A DNA stretch of 41,075 nt from a virus (taxonomy: Duplodnaviria > Heunggongvirae > Uroviricota > Caudoviricetes). The notes below the pieces were generated by a model that worked only from the letters and a program-made list of their open reading frames with translations, did no database searches and had not been told where the DNA came from. The stretch is from the IMG/VR virus record IMGVR_UViG_2917393062_000004; one strand, given 5' to 3'. Below are positions 8,547 through 17,517 of the stretch, one piece after another. A program made the position numbers and the translations under genes. Position 1 is the stretch's first letter; each line of letters begins with the position of its first letter.

Positions 8547-9477
8547 ATTAACCGGCTATGTATGGGATGGTTGCGCTGCATCAGGCATGAAATTATCCAG
8601 CGTGGCAATTATGGCCCGCCTGGCTGATTTCAGTAATGACGAAGGTGTGTGCTGGCCATCAATTGAAACCATTGCCCGCCAGATTGGCGCGGGAATGAGT
8701 ACCGTCAGAACGGCTATCGCACGGCTGGAAGCAGAAGGCTGGTTAACGCGTAAGGCGCGTCGGCAGGGTAACCGCAATGCGTCGAATGTTTATCAGCTTA
8801 ACGTTGCGAAGCTTCAGGCAGCGGCATTTTCTCAACTGTCAGATTCTGACCCGTCAAAATCTGACGCATCAAAATCTGACCCGTCAAAATTTGATGCGTC
8901 GAAATCTGGCAAAAAAGCGGGTTTTCACCCGTCAGAATCTGGCGGGGATCCGTCAGTAAAATCAAAACATGATCCGTCAGATAAAAAAACTTCTCGTCCG
9001 GACGCTTCGCAACCGGACACGCAGACGGCTGAACAGGAGTTTTTAACTCGCCATCCTGATGCGGTTGTATTCAGCCCTAAAAAGCGCCAGTGGGGAACGC
9101 AGGATGATTTGACCTGCGCACAGTGGCTCTGGAAAAAAATCATCGCCCTGTACGAGCAGGCCGCCGAATGTGACGGCGAGGTGGTTCGTCCCAAAGAACC
9201 GAACTGGACAGCCTGGGCAAACGAAATTCGCCTGATGTGTGTGCAGGATGGTCGTACTCACAAACAAATCTGCGAGATGTACAGCCGCGTCAGCCGCGAT
9301 CCGTTCTGGTGCCGTAACGTGCTCAGCCCGTCGAAGTTGCGGGAAAAATGGGATGAGCTTTCCCTGCGCTTATCGCCGTCCGTCAGCACGTACACCGAAA
9401 AACGTGAAGACCCGTACTTCAAAGCCAGTTACGACAACGTGGACTACAGCCAGATCCCAGCAGGATTCAGGGGGTGA
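8536..9477 (+). CDS. Replication initiation protein (lambda O-like) with internal origin iterons
   Basis: N-terminal wHTH-like domain; central repetitive SK/SD linker encoded by DNA iterons; position after cro/cII. Confidence 0.7.
   Translation: MSTKLTGYVWDGCAASGMKLSSVAIMARLADFSNDEGVCWPSIETIARQIGAGMSTVRTAIARLEAEGWLTRKARRQGNRNASNVYQLNVAKLQAAAFSQLSDSDPSKSDASKSDPSKFDASKSGKKAGFHPSESGGDPSVKSKHDPSDKKTSRPDASQPDTQTAEQEFLTRHPDAVVFSPKKRQWGTQDDLTCAQWLWKKIIALYEQAAECDGEVVRPKEPNWTAWANEIRLMCVQDGRTHKQICEMYSRVSRDPFWCRNVLSPSKLREKWDELSLRLSPSVSTYTEKREDPYFKASYDNVDYSQIPAGFRG
8840..8975. repeat. Origin iterons: about 6-8 direct repeats of a ~15-bp unit (CCGTCAAAATCTGAC-like) inside the O-like gene
   Basis: Direct repeats read in sequence (tcagattctgac, ccgtcaaaatctgac, gcatcaaaatctgac, ccgtcaaaatttgat, gcgtcgaaatctggc, ccgtcagaatctggc...), followed by an A-rich tract. 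Confidence 0.7.
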
Positions 9478-9968
9478 TCATGAGTCTGTTAAATGACGTT
9501 CAGAAATTCATTGAAGCCCATCCGGGGTGTACTTCCGGAGACATTGCGGATGCTTTTGCTGGTTACTCACGGCAGCGCGTTCTGCAGTCAGCAAGCAAGT
9601 TACGTCAGAGTGGGCGTGTGGCTCACCGTTGTGAAGGGGATACACGCAGACATTTCCCGCGCCTGACTGAGAGAGCGCAGGAGCCGGAACCACAACCAGT
9701 TCGTGAAACCAGACCTGTGCGCAATTTCTATGTCGGCACTAACGACCCCCGGGTGATTTTGTGCCTGACCCGCCAGGCTGAAGAACTGGAGTCCAGGGGC
9801 TTATTCCGTCGAGCTGCAACGGTGTGGATGGAGGCATTCCGTGAAAGCCACTCCCAGCCAGAACGAAACAATTTTCTGGCGCATCGAGAGTGGTGCTTAC
9901 GGAAAAGCAGCAAGCGCGCTGCATCGGGTGAAGAGTGGTATCTGTCAGGGAATTACGTGGGGGCTTAA
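9474..9968 (+). CDS. Putative PerC-like transcriptional activator (GTG start at 9474 or ATG at 9480)
   Basis: C-terminal segment AEELESRGLFRRAATVWMEAF...HREWCLR resembles recalled PerC/Pch family signature; N-terminal wHTH-like region. Confidence 0.45.
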   Translation: MIMSLLNDVQKFIEAHPGCTSGDIADAFAGYSRQRVLQSASKLRQSGRVAHRCEGDTRRHFPRLTERAQEPEPQPVRETRPVRNFYVGTNDPRVILCLTRQAEELESRGLFRRAATVWMEAFRESHSQPERNNFLAHREWCLRKSSKRAASGEEWYLSGNYVGA

Positions 9969-10621
9969 TGAGTAATAAATATTGCCAGGCGCTGGTGGAG
10001 CTGCGGAACAAACCAGCCCATGAACTGAAGGAAGTGGGCGATCAGTGGCGCACGCCGGACAACATTTTCTGGGGAATTAACACCCTGTTTGGCCCGTTTG
10101 TTCTGGATCTGTTCACTGATGGTGATAACGCCAAATGTGCCGCTTATTACACTGCGGAAGACAACGCGCTGGCGCATGACTGGTCTGAACGTCTTGCGGA
10201 GCTTAAAGGTGCTGCCTTTGGTAATCCCCCGTACAGCCGCGCCAGTCAGCATGAGGGGCAATACATCACCGGCATGCGTTACATCATGAAACATGCCAGT
10301 GCTATGCGTGATAAAGGCGGGCGCTATGTTTTCCTGATCAAAGCTGCCACCAGCGAAGTTTGGTGGCCGGAAGATGCAGACCATATTGCTTTTATTCGCG
10401 GGCGTATTGGTTTTGAACTGCCAGCCTGGTTTATCCCGAAGGATGAGAAGCAGGTGCCGACAGGAGCTTTCTTCGCTGGTGCTATTGCTGTTTTCGACAA
10501 GACCTGGAAGGGACCGGCAATCAGCTACATCGGGCGCGATGAACTTGAGGCATGTGGTGAGGCCTTTCTGGCGCAGGTTCGCCAGCAGGCAGAAAAACTG
10601 GTCAGGGAGATGGTGGCATGA
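9968..10621 (+). CDS. DNA N6-adenine methyltransferase (phage Dam-like)
   Basis: NPPY catalytic motif (AAFGNPPYSR); TAATG overlap with upstream gene. Confidence 0.8.
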   Translation: MSNKYCQALVELRNKPAHELKEVGDQWRTPDNIFWGINTLFGPFVLDLFTDGDNAKCAAYYTAEDNALAHDWSERLAELKGAAFGNPPYSRASQHEGQYITGMRYIMKHASAMRDKGGRYVFLIKAATSEVWWPEDADHIAFIRGRIGFELPAWFIPKDEKQVPTGAFFAGAIAVFDKTWKGPAISYIGRDELEACGEAFLAQVRQQAEKLVREMVA

Positions 10622-10944
10622 CGACGTTAACTCAATGCCAGCAGCAGGTGCTGGATATGCTGATTTCTTATCAGAAAGAACGTGGCTTCCCGCCAACCAA
10701 TCAGGAGGTGGCAACCATGCTGGGATACCGTTCAGTGAATGCAGCGGTAGAACATCTTCGCGCACTGGAGAAAAAAGGCGTCATCACGATAAAGCGTGGC
10801 GTGGCCCGGGGCATCACGCTTCATACCGCGGTGAAGGACGACGACAGCGAGGCGGTCGGGATTATCCGCTCACTGCTTGTCGGTGAGGAAAACGCCAGGC
10901 TGCGTGCAGCCCACTGGTTACATGAGAGGGGCCTGAAAGTATGA
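10618..10944 (+). CDS. LexA N-terminal DNA-binding domain-like protein
   Basis: 108-aa ORF; LexA-type wHTH resemblance (QQVLDMLISYQKERGFPPTNQEVATMLGYRSVNAAVEHLRALEKKGVI). Confidence 0.6.
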   Translation: MTTLTQCQQQVLDMLISYQKERGFPPTNQEVATMLGYRSVNAAVEHLRALEKKGVITIKRGVARGITLHTAVKDDDSEAVGIIRSLLVGEENARLRAAHWLHERGLKV

Positions 10945-11330
10945 AGCTGATCCTGCCTTTCCCGCCCAGCGTGAACACGTACTGGCGACACCCCAACAAA
11001 GGGGCGTTTGCAGGTAAGAGCCTGATAAGCGCGGCGGGGCGCAAATTCCAGAGCGCGGCGTGTGCAGCAATAGTTGAGCAGTTACGTCGTCTGCCAAAAC
11101 CAACGTCGGCACCTGCTTCAGTGGAGATCGTGTTGTTTCCTCCGGATAACCGGATCCGCGATCTGGACAACTATAACAAGGCGCTGTTTGACGCTCTGAC
11201 CCACGCGGGTGTGTGGGAAGACGACAGTCAGGTGAAAAGAATGCTGGTGGAGTGGGGACCGGTTATCCCGGAAGGGAAGGTCGAGATCACTATAAGTAAG
11301 TACGAGAAAACGGCGGGTGCAGCCGCCTGA
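10941..11330 (+). CDS. rusA: RusA-family Holliday junction resolvase
   Basis: 129-aa ORF with RusA hallmarks (LPFPPSVNTYWR, DLDNYNKALFDAL). Confidence 0.85.
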   Translation: MKLILPFPPSVNTYWRHPNKGAFAGKSLISAAGRKFQSAACAAIVEQLRRLPKPTSAPASVEIVLFPPDNRIRDLDNYNKALFDALTHAGVWEDDSQVKRMLVEWGPVIPEGKVEITISKYEKTAGAAA

Positions 11331-11349
11331 TTAAGAGGAGAAACGAAGT

Positions 11350-12147
11350 ATGAATAATCTGATGGTCATTGATGGTATTGAAGTTCGTCGTGATGCTTAT
11401 GGTCGTTACAGCCTGAACGATCTGCACAGGGCTGCCGGTTCTCTGGATAAGCATAAGCCTGCATTCTGGCTCCGCAATGAGCAAACTGAACGTTTAATAA
11501 GCGAGTTGCAGATTTGCAACTCGGTCAATATAGAGCCAGTTAACGTTATTCGTGGCGGAAATAACCAGGGGACGTATGTCTGCAAAGAACTGGTGTATGC
11601 CTATGCAATGTGGATCAGCCCGTCATTCCATCTGAAGGTGATCCGTACTTTCGACATGGTAACCAGCGCACCTGAAAAATTATCCGGACAGGCTGCTGAC
11701 AAGATGCAGGCTGGCGTGATTCTGCTGGACTTTATGCGCCGGGAATTAAACCTGTCTAACTCATCAGTGCTTGGTGCCTGTCAGAAACTCCAGGAGGCTG
11801 TTGGCTTACCGAATCTGGCACCGCGCTATGCCATTGATGCTCCTGCTGACGCGCCTGATGGCTCAAGTCGCCCCACGCTGTCGCTGAGTGCACTGCTGAA
11901 ACAGTATGGTATCCGCCTGACGGCTAATCAGGCATATCACCAGATGGTGAAGCTGGGGATCGTCGAGCAGCGCGAACGATACAGCCGTACCGCGATTAAC
12001 AACATCAAAAAATTCTGGTCGCTGACAGCGAAAGGCTGCATGTTCGGCAAGAACATCACCAGTCCCGCAAATCCGCGCGAGACGCAGCCGCATTTCTTCG
12101 AATCCCGATTCCCTGAGCTGTTAAAGCTGCTCGATACCGTTCATTGA
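11350..12147 (+). CDS. KilA-N domain protein
   Basis: N-terminal KilA-N signature (YSLNDLHRAAG...WL); AGGAG RBS. Confidence 0.7.
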   Translation: MNNLMVIDGIEVRRDAYGRYSLNDLHRAAGSLDKHKPAFWLRNEQTERLISELQICNSVNIEPVNVIRGGNNQGTYVCKELVYAYAMWISPSFHLKVIRTFDMVTSAPEKLSGQAADKMQAGVILLDFMRRELNLSNSSVLGACQKLQEAVGLPNLAPRYAIDAPADAPDGSSRPTLSLSALLKQYGIRLTANQAYHQMVKLGIVEQRERYSRTAINNIKKFWSLTAKGCMFGKNITSPANPRETQPHFFESRFPELLKLLDTVH

Positions 12148-12148
12148 G

Positions 12149-13144
12149 GTGACCGTGAGAGCACTACTGACTCCTGAAATTGCCCCGCGTATGGGGATCG
12201 TATTGTTCAGGCCAGGTTCAGAGCTGATGCCCCTGTTTATGCAGGGGCGTGTCCTGCTGGAGCCTGAGCCGGAACGTTATTCATCTTTCGCCAGTGGTGC
12301 CGTTCCGGCGGCATCACAACCGCTGGTGGATGATCCTGCCGTTCGGGCCGTGTTCCGCAATGAGGCAGTGATCCGTCGTGCTGGTGGCGTGGAATGTCTT
12401 GAAAGCTGGTTACTTCGTGAAAAGGGCTGTCAGTGGCCTCATTCCGACTGGCACAGCGAGAACATTACCACAATGCGACACGCTCCGGGCGCAATCCGTC
12501 TGTGCTGGCACTGCGATAACCAGCTGCGCGATCAGTTCACGGAACGGCTGGAATCAATGGCAACGGATAACTGTGCCCGCTGGGTGTTGTCTGTTGTGCG
12601 TCGGGATCTCGGTTTTGATGACAGTCACGTTGTGACAATGCCGGAACTGTGCTGGTGGCTGATTCGTAATGATCTGGCGGATGCCTTACCGGAAAGTGCA
12701 GCCCGTAAGGCACTGAGATTACCGAAGCCTGTTGTGCCGTCTGTCACCCGGGAAAGTGACCTTGTGCCTTCGGTTCCTGCCACCAGCATCATCCAGGATA
12801 AGGCGAAAAAGATGCTGGCGCTGAAAGTGGATCCGGAGTCGCCGGAGTCTTTTATGTTACGCCCCAAACGTCGCCGCTGGGTTAATGAAAAGTACACGCG
12901 CTGGGTTAAGACGCAGCCGTGCGCATGTTGTGGAAAGCCTGCTGATGATGCCCACCACCTGATAGGTCACGGTCAGGGTGGAATGGGTACAAAAGCGCAT
13001 GACCTTTTTGTGTTGCCTTTGTGCAGAAAGCATCACGACGAGCTGCATGCGGATACCGTGGTATTTGAAGAGAAGTATGGCTCCCAGTTGGAGCTGATAT
13101 TTCGTTTTATTGATCGTGCGCTGGCAATTGGCGTGCTGGCCTGA
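12149..13144 (+). CDS. DUF968-type phage protein (Cys/His-rich C-terminal domain)
   Basis: C-terminal CACCGKPADDAHHLIGHGQGGMGTKAHDLFVLPLCRKHHDELH typical of DUF968 nin-region proteins as recalled. Confidence 0.6.
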   Translation: MTVRALLTPEIAPRMGIVLFRPGSELMPLFMQGRVLLEPEPERYSSFASGAVPAASQPLVDDPAVRAVFRNEAVIRRAGGVECLESWLLREKGCQWPHSDWHSENITTMRHAPGAIRLCWHCDNQLRDQFTERLESMATDNCARWVLSVVRRDLGFDDSHVVTMPELCWWLIRNDLADALPESAARKALRLPKPVVPSVTRESDLVPSVPATSIIQDKAKKMLALKVDPESPESFMLRPKRRRWVNEKYTRWVKTQPCACCGKPADDAHHLIGHGQGGMGTKAHDLFVLPLCRKHHDELHADTVVFEEKYGSQLELIFRFIDRALAIGVLA

Positions 13145-13158
13145 TTTGGTGGAGAAAG

Positions 13159-13509
13159 TTGATGCGTGATATGTATGAAGTATTGGACCGCTGGGGAGCA
13201 TGGGCTGCAGCAGAAAATAGTGGTGTGGACTGGCAGCCGATAGCGGCTGGTTTCAAGGGACTTTTACCACACGGTAAAAAGTCACGTCTCCAGTGTGATG
13301 ATGATGAAGGCATCATGATAGATAGTTGTGTGGCTAGGTTGCGTAAATATAAGCCGGAAGAGTATGAGCTGATAATTGCTCACTTTGTTATCGGTATCTC
13401 ATTACGCACTATTGCGAAGAAGAGAAAATGCTCTGATGGGACTATAAGAAAAAAGTTGCAAGCTGCATTGGGATTTATTGATGCAGTTATATATATAATA
13501 CATGGGTAA
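13159..13509 (+). CDS. Late-gene antitermination protein Q (QuuD-like family)
   Basis: 116-aa ORF; N-terminal VLDRWGAWAA...WQPIAAGFKGL matches recalled QuuD/Q family; located just before the lysis region. Confidence 0.75.
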   Translation: MMRDMYEVLDRWGAWAAAENSGVDWQPIAAGFKGLLPHGKKSRLQCDDDEGIMIDSCVARLRKYKPEEYELIIAHFVIGISLRTIAKKRKCSDGTIRKKLQAALGFIDAVIYIIHG

Positions 13510-13516
13510 TTTATTA

Positions 13517-13535
13517 GACGGCCATATTGGCCGTC
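13517..13535. terminator. Perfect 8-bp GC-rich hairpin between convergent Q and cargo operon (possible bidirectional terminator/stabiliser)
   Basis: GACGGCCA-TAT-TGGCCGTC flanked by AT-rich sequence; overlaps stop codon of the minus-strand gene; no clean U-tract. Confidence 0.4.
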
Positions 13536-14721
13536 AGCTAAATAAATATGTAATAGCATAAGGCGTAAGTAAAAAGTAGAATCTAAATGTAAGATATAAG
13601 CCACATAAAACTATAATTCCTAATGAGGCAAAAACAACTTTCTGAACAAGCAATCTTGTGGTTAAACTATCAAATGTATCCTTTATATCTTCGTAAATAG
13701 CCTTGAAGTTATATTCTGCTTGTTGTTTTTTATGATTTAACTCATCATTTATTGCTGTTAAAGTTTGCCATTGATTAAATAGAACAAATAGAATCATAAT
13801 AGTGAAGAACAATGCACCCAACACTACAGCTGTGTTTATTAATGCTTGACTATCCCAACCATTAGCCTGCTTCATTTGAGTCGCAACGATAATTGTTGCG
13901 ACGGGGATACCTAATATCTGATTTTGTATGTCACTGAATACTTTATGTATTTTCCCCATCTCTTCTATTTTGGCTACTCGTAACTGATCCAGTATTTTCT
14001 CGTAAGAAAAACCAGAAACGAATACTTTGTATCCTTTTTGATAACTTTCATAAAGTTGTCCTAAATCCCTTAACATGAAGGAAAAAGAGGTTTCTTTAGT
14101 TTTAGATTCACATGATGATTTTATACTACTTGCTAAAATAGTAAGTTTTTGATCTTTATGCGTATCTTCTGCAAAGTTTGCGATCAAATTATGAATCAGA
14201 TCTCCATTAACATTCATAAGATCATCGCTAGAATAATTTACTGGAATTTTTAGTACGTTGGATTCGACGAATACCAATTCAAAATTTGTTTCATCTAAAT
14301 AAGCAGAACAATCTTTGAATAAAGTAATTAAGCTCAAAACATCTCTGTACTTGGATATAATAGCAGGCGACTTTTTATCCCTGTTGTGATAATTAAGTTC
14401 GATTATAAAGAAGTTACTGGCTTCCTTTATCCTATTTTTAGGATTTTTTAAATACTCATTAAAAGAGAAATGTAGCTGCCCCAATCGTAATTTGGGGGGG
14501 GTTATATGTAAGGTTATAGTTTGGCCTAACTTAATGTTGCCAGATTCAAGGGTGATGCCAAAATCATGGGGATTCTCTGTGATATCGTTGATGATGTCAC
14601 AGAGCTCCTCGTTTGAAAGAATGAGTGATGCTTCAGATAGGGTACCTGCAAATGTAGCGGCCTTGTAAATAGTCACTAAGTCTTTGAAGGTTCTCTGATT
14701 GTTACTGCTCATCCTCTTCAC
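13534..14721 (-). CDS. Cargo protein B: 395-aa protein with large N-terminal soluble domain and 2-3 C-terminal transmembrane helices; no recognised domain
   Basis: Hydrophobic segments ALINTAVVLGALFFTIMILFVLF and VVFASLGIIVLCGLYLTFRFYFLL near C-terminus; GTG/ATG start overlaps the stop of the upstream gene (translational coupling); GC content about 35-38 percent versus about 50 percent in flanks. Confidence 0.75.
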   Translation of the reverse strand: MKRMSSNNQRTFKDLVTIYKAATFAGTLSEASLILSNEELCDIINDITENPHDFGITLESGNIKLGQTITLHITPPKLRLGQLHFSFNEYLKNPKNRIKEASNFFIIELNYHNRDKKSPAIISKYRDVLSLITLFKDCSAYLDETNFELVFVESNVLKIPVNYSSDDLMNVNGDLIHNLIANFAEDTHKDQKLTILASSIKSSCESKTKETSFSFMLRDLGQLYESYQKGYKVFVSGFSYEKILDQLRVAKIEEMGKIHKVFSDIQNQILGIPVATIIVATQMKQANGWDSQALINTAVVLGALFFTIMILFVLFNQWQTLTAINDELNHKKQQAEYNFKAIYEDIKDTFDSLTTRLLVQKVVFASLGIIVLCGLYLTFRFYFLLTPYAITYLFS

Positions 14722-15736
14722 CTAATTCTGATAAGATCTCTGATCTTAGCGTATCCGGAATCTCGGTAAGTATCAATTTATCGTTTTCTGAATCATAAAG
14801 AACGCTGCCATCATGCAAGGCCGCACGCTCGAATTTCAGAGACCAATGTTTGGACTTTCCTTTGAAACTAACAAGCCCACGTATAACGTTGCCATCAGGC
14901 ACGAACCCATCAGAGAACTCCAGATCGTCATTGGTTAACTTTTCAACTAACAACTCAGGAGCAGTTGGCCATATCTCGTTTGCAAAAATTTGAGTGTCGA
15001 AAGTTTCACCAGAACGATTTAAATTTTTTAATTTTTCATGAGCCTTATTTAGGAACTCTTCACGTGCCTCTGGTTCAAAACCTCTTTCAGTAGCAAATTC
15101 TAAAAGTGCATTCCGTAATTTTGTTGTTTCTTGTTTGGCAATTAGAATATCGTTGCAACCTAAAAACTTTTTGAAATAACCTGCTACTGAATTTTGCCCC
15201 TTTAGAAAGCTAATATATCTCTCTTTGCCATTCTGGCGCCCAGTTAAGTCAATTCGTCCCGCTACTCGAAGTTTAGCAATGTCTAGATATTCACTTTCTT
15301 GAATTTCAAAATCGTGGACTGAAGAGCCAACTGCTGATGTTAGGATTGCAACCATCAAATAATGATTTCCATTTACCTCATTATGGGCAATTATTACATA
15401 ACCACCAGTAGACATTGATTCATCATCGGCTCTGGCTTTTAAATGATTGATCATTCGGATACTAGTATCATAAAAACTATGTGTTTTATTTACGAAATAA
15501 TCATCAACGATATTACCCATAGGGTAACTATCGCGGTCATCTTCAAATTTCCCATATCCTTTACCTGCTCTCCCAGAGTACCTTTCAGTAAGTGCGTTAG
15601 AGAGGTCTTTTGATGCTTGCTGAACAGGTTTTTCTGAAGGACAAGGAATAATGGTGGCTAACCCCTGTTGTTCCTTGTTCATAATGTGAACAATAAACTT
15701 ATGAGTGATATTAGTGGGGGTCGCTGATGCAGTCAT
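14702..15736 (-). CDS. Cargo protein A: YejK/NdpA-family nucleoid-associated protein homolog (344 aa)
   Basis: Shares recalled YejK motifs in order (GGYVII, YLMVAILTS, YLDI, GRIDLT, RYISFLKG, YFKKFLG, C-terminal LILTEIPDTLR); AAGGA RBS; low GC. Confidence 0.7.
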   Translation of the reverse strand: MTASATPTNITHKFIVHIMNKEQQGLATIIPCPSEKPVQQASKDLSNALTERYSGRAGKGYGKFEDDRDSYPMGNIVDDYFVNKTHSFYDTSIRMINHLKARADDESMSTGGYVIIAHNEVNGNHYLMVAILTSAVGSSVHDFEIQESEYLDIAKLRVAGRIDLTGRQNGKERYISFLKGQNSVAGYFKKFLGCNDILIAKQETTKLRNALLEFATERGFEPEAREEFLNKAHEKLKNLNRSGETFDTQIFANEIWPTAPELLVEKLTNDDLEFSDGFVPDGNVIRGLVSFKGKSKHWSLKFERAALHDGSVLYDSENDKLILTEIPDTLRSEILSELGEEDEQ

Positions 15737-15852
15737 AACAACATCCTTTTAATGGTTTTGAACAATTGGTGTTGATAATACTTCAAAAAATACTAATGCG
15801 TACGCAAAAAATACGGTACTCTGTTAAGAGTGGTTACTTCGCCACACAGCTT

Positions 15853-15880
15853 AAACCCGCCGTCGAGCGGGTTTTGTCGT
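15853..15880 (+). terminator. Intrinsic terminator upstream of holin (tR'-like); candidate late promoter PR' lies about 60-90 nt upstream
   Basis: Hairpin CCCGC-CGTCGA-GCGGG followed by TTTTG; position between Q and S matches the lambda PR'-tR' arrangement; promoter hexamers not confidently assigned. Confidence 0.55.
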
Positions 15881-16026
15881 TTCTGGGCTTTGGTATTCGT
15901 TGGGCTTGGTCTATCTAGCTCTTATCCATTGGCTCGGCTTCTTTTACGTTTCCGCTTCTGATTTGCGGTTCGTGGTACTCCCTCAATTTGCACCTCTTGT
16001 ATCGGCGAGGTGAGAGATAACTACAA

Positions 16027-16353
16027 ATGCCTCATAACCCAAATACTTGGCTGGAGTTGGTCCAGAGCTGGTGGCGTGGAGACACACCGCTGGGCGCAGT
16101 GATTATGTCGATTGTTATGGCTGGTTTGCGCATTGCCTATTTTGGCGGTGGTGGTGGCTGGAAGCGAAAAACACTCGAAATTCTACTCTGTGGCGCTCTG
16201 ACGCTGACTTTTGCATCCGCTCTTGAGTATGTCGGATGGCCTAAATCGCTTTCTGTTGCCATTGGTGGTGGGGTGGGGCTGATCGGTGTCGATGCTATTC
16301 GTGGGGCTGCAATGAGAGTAATCGGTAATAAGTTTGGTGGCTCTAAGGAGTAA
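16027..16353 (+). CDS. S: Holin (lambda S-like, class I)
   Basis: 108-aa ORF with multiple TM segments and charged C-terminus, immediately upstream of lambda R-like endolysin. Confidence 0.8.
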   Translation: MPHNPNTWLELVQSWWRGDTPLGAVIMSIVMAGLRIAYFGGGGGWKRKTLEILLCGALTLTFASALEYVGWPKSLSVAIGGGVGLIGVDAIRGAAMRVIGNKFGGSKE

Positions 16354-16356
16354 TTT

Positions 16357-16833
16357 ATGCAGGTACTAAATTCCCAGCGTAAAGCTTTCCTCGATATGGT
16401 GGCATGGTCAGAAGGAACGGATAACGGGCGACAACCGACACGTAACCACGGTTATGATGTTATTGTTGGTGGCGAACTGTTCACTGATTACTCCGATCAC
16501 CCTCGCAAACTTGTCACGCTAAACCCAAAACTCAAATCAACAGCCGCCGGACGTTACCAGCTTCTTTCCCGTTGGTGGGATGCCTACCGTAAGCAGCTTG
16601 GCCTGAAAGACTTCTCTCCAAAAAGCCAGGACGCTGTGGCATTGCAGCAGATTAAGGAGCGTGGCGCTTTACCGATGATTGATCGCGGTGATATTCGTCA
16701 GGCTATCGACCGTTGCAGCAATATCTGGGCTTCACTGCCGGGCGCTGGTTATGGCCAGTTCGAGCATAAGGCTGACAGCCTGATTGCAAAATTCAAAGAG
16801 GCTGGCGGAACGGTCAGAGAGATTAAGGTATGA
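16357..16833 (+). CDS. R: Endolysin, lytic transglycosylase (near-identical to lambda R)
   Basis: 158-aa product [79 protein letters not shown]... matches lambda R over most of its length as recalled. Confidence 0.95.
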   Translation: MQVLNSQRKAFLDMVAWSEGTDNGRQPTRNHGYDVIVGGELFTDYSDHPRKLVTLNPKLKSTAAGRYQLLSRWWDAYRKQLGLKDFSPKSQDAVALQQIKERGALPMIDRGDIRQAIDRCSNIWASLPGAGYGQFEHKADSLIAKFKEAGGTVREIKV

Positions 16834-17267
16834 GCAGAGTCACCGCGATTATCTCCGCTCTGATTATCTGCATCATCGTCTGCCTGTCATGGGCTGTTAA
16901 TCATTACCGTGATAACGCCATCGCCTACAAAGAGCAGCGCGATAAAGCCACATCCATCATCGCTGACATGCAGAAGCGTCAACGTGATGTAGCAGAACTC
17001 GACGCCAGATATACAAAGGAGCTTGCTGATGCTAACGCGACTATCGAAAGTCTCCGTGCTGATGTTTCTGCTGGGCGTAAGCGCCTGCAAGTCGCCGCCA
17101 CCTGTGCAAAGTCAACGACCGGAGCCAGCAGCATGGGCGATGGAGAAAGCCCAGGACTTACAGCAGATGCTGAACTCAATTATTACCGTCTCCGAAGTGG
17201 AATCGACAGGATAACCGCGCAGGTTAACTACCTGCAGGAATACATCAGGACGCAATGCCTTCGATGA
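16830..17267 (+). CDS. Rz: i-spanin Rz
   Basis: N-terminal TM anchor, coiled-coil periplasmic domain; follows R; embedded Rz1 in +1 frame. Confidence 0.85.
   Translation: MSRVTAIISALIICIIVCLSWAVNHYRDNAIAYKEQRDKATSIIADMQKRQRDVAELDARYTKELADANATIESLRADVSAGRKRLQVAATCAKSTTGASSMGDGESPGLTADAELNYYRLRSGIDRITAQVNYLQEYIRTQCLR
17023..17214 (+). CDS. Rz1: o-spanin Rz1 (lipoprotein, embedded in Rz; true start may be an internal Met)
   Basis: Lipobox LLGVSAC followed by Pro-rich segment; entirely within Rz in a different frame. Confidence 0.7.
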   Translation: MLMLTRLSKVSVLMFLLGVSACKSPPPVQSQRPEPAAWAMEKAQDLQQMLNSIITVSEVESTG

Positions 17268-17517
17268 TAGCGATAATTTTACTCATCATCCTTCACATCT
17301 GGCTCTGTAGACAGGGTGGTGCTTACTTCTGGAGCGAATCCAGATTAAACATCTCATTGCTGATGCTTGATATTGAGCATCTGGCGCGCGGTAAGGGCTG
17401 TGTTGAGATAAGTGCCAGTTCATTACAAAGCTATATCTAATGGAACCTGAAATAATTTGTCATTGTCATGACAAGAAAATTCATTAATGATGAGCTCTCA
17501 TTATACGGGAGGTAGAT

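Noticed and set aside
8840-8975. Possible CRISPR array suggested by the short direct repeats
   Set aside because: Repeats are about 15 bp, contiguous without spacers and lie inside a coding sequence; they are replication-origin iterons.
13510-16026. Shiga toxin or tRNA genes at the Q-S hotspot
   Set aside because: Neither stx-like A/B subunit ORFs nor tRNA cloverleaves are present; the hotspot is occupied by the NdpA-like/membrane-protein pair.
17255-17440. 61-aa hydrophobic ORF overlapping the end of Rz
   Set aside because: Starts inside Rz with no RBS and runs into AT-rich intergenic DNA; insufficient support.
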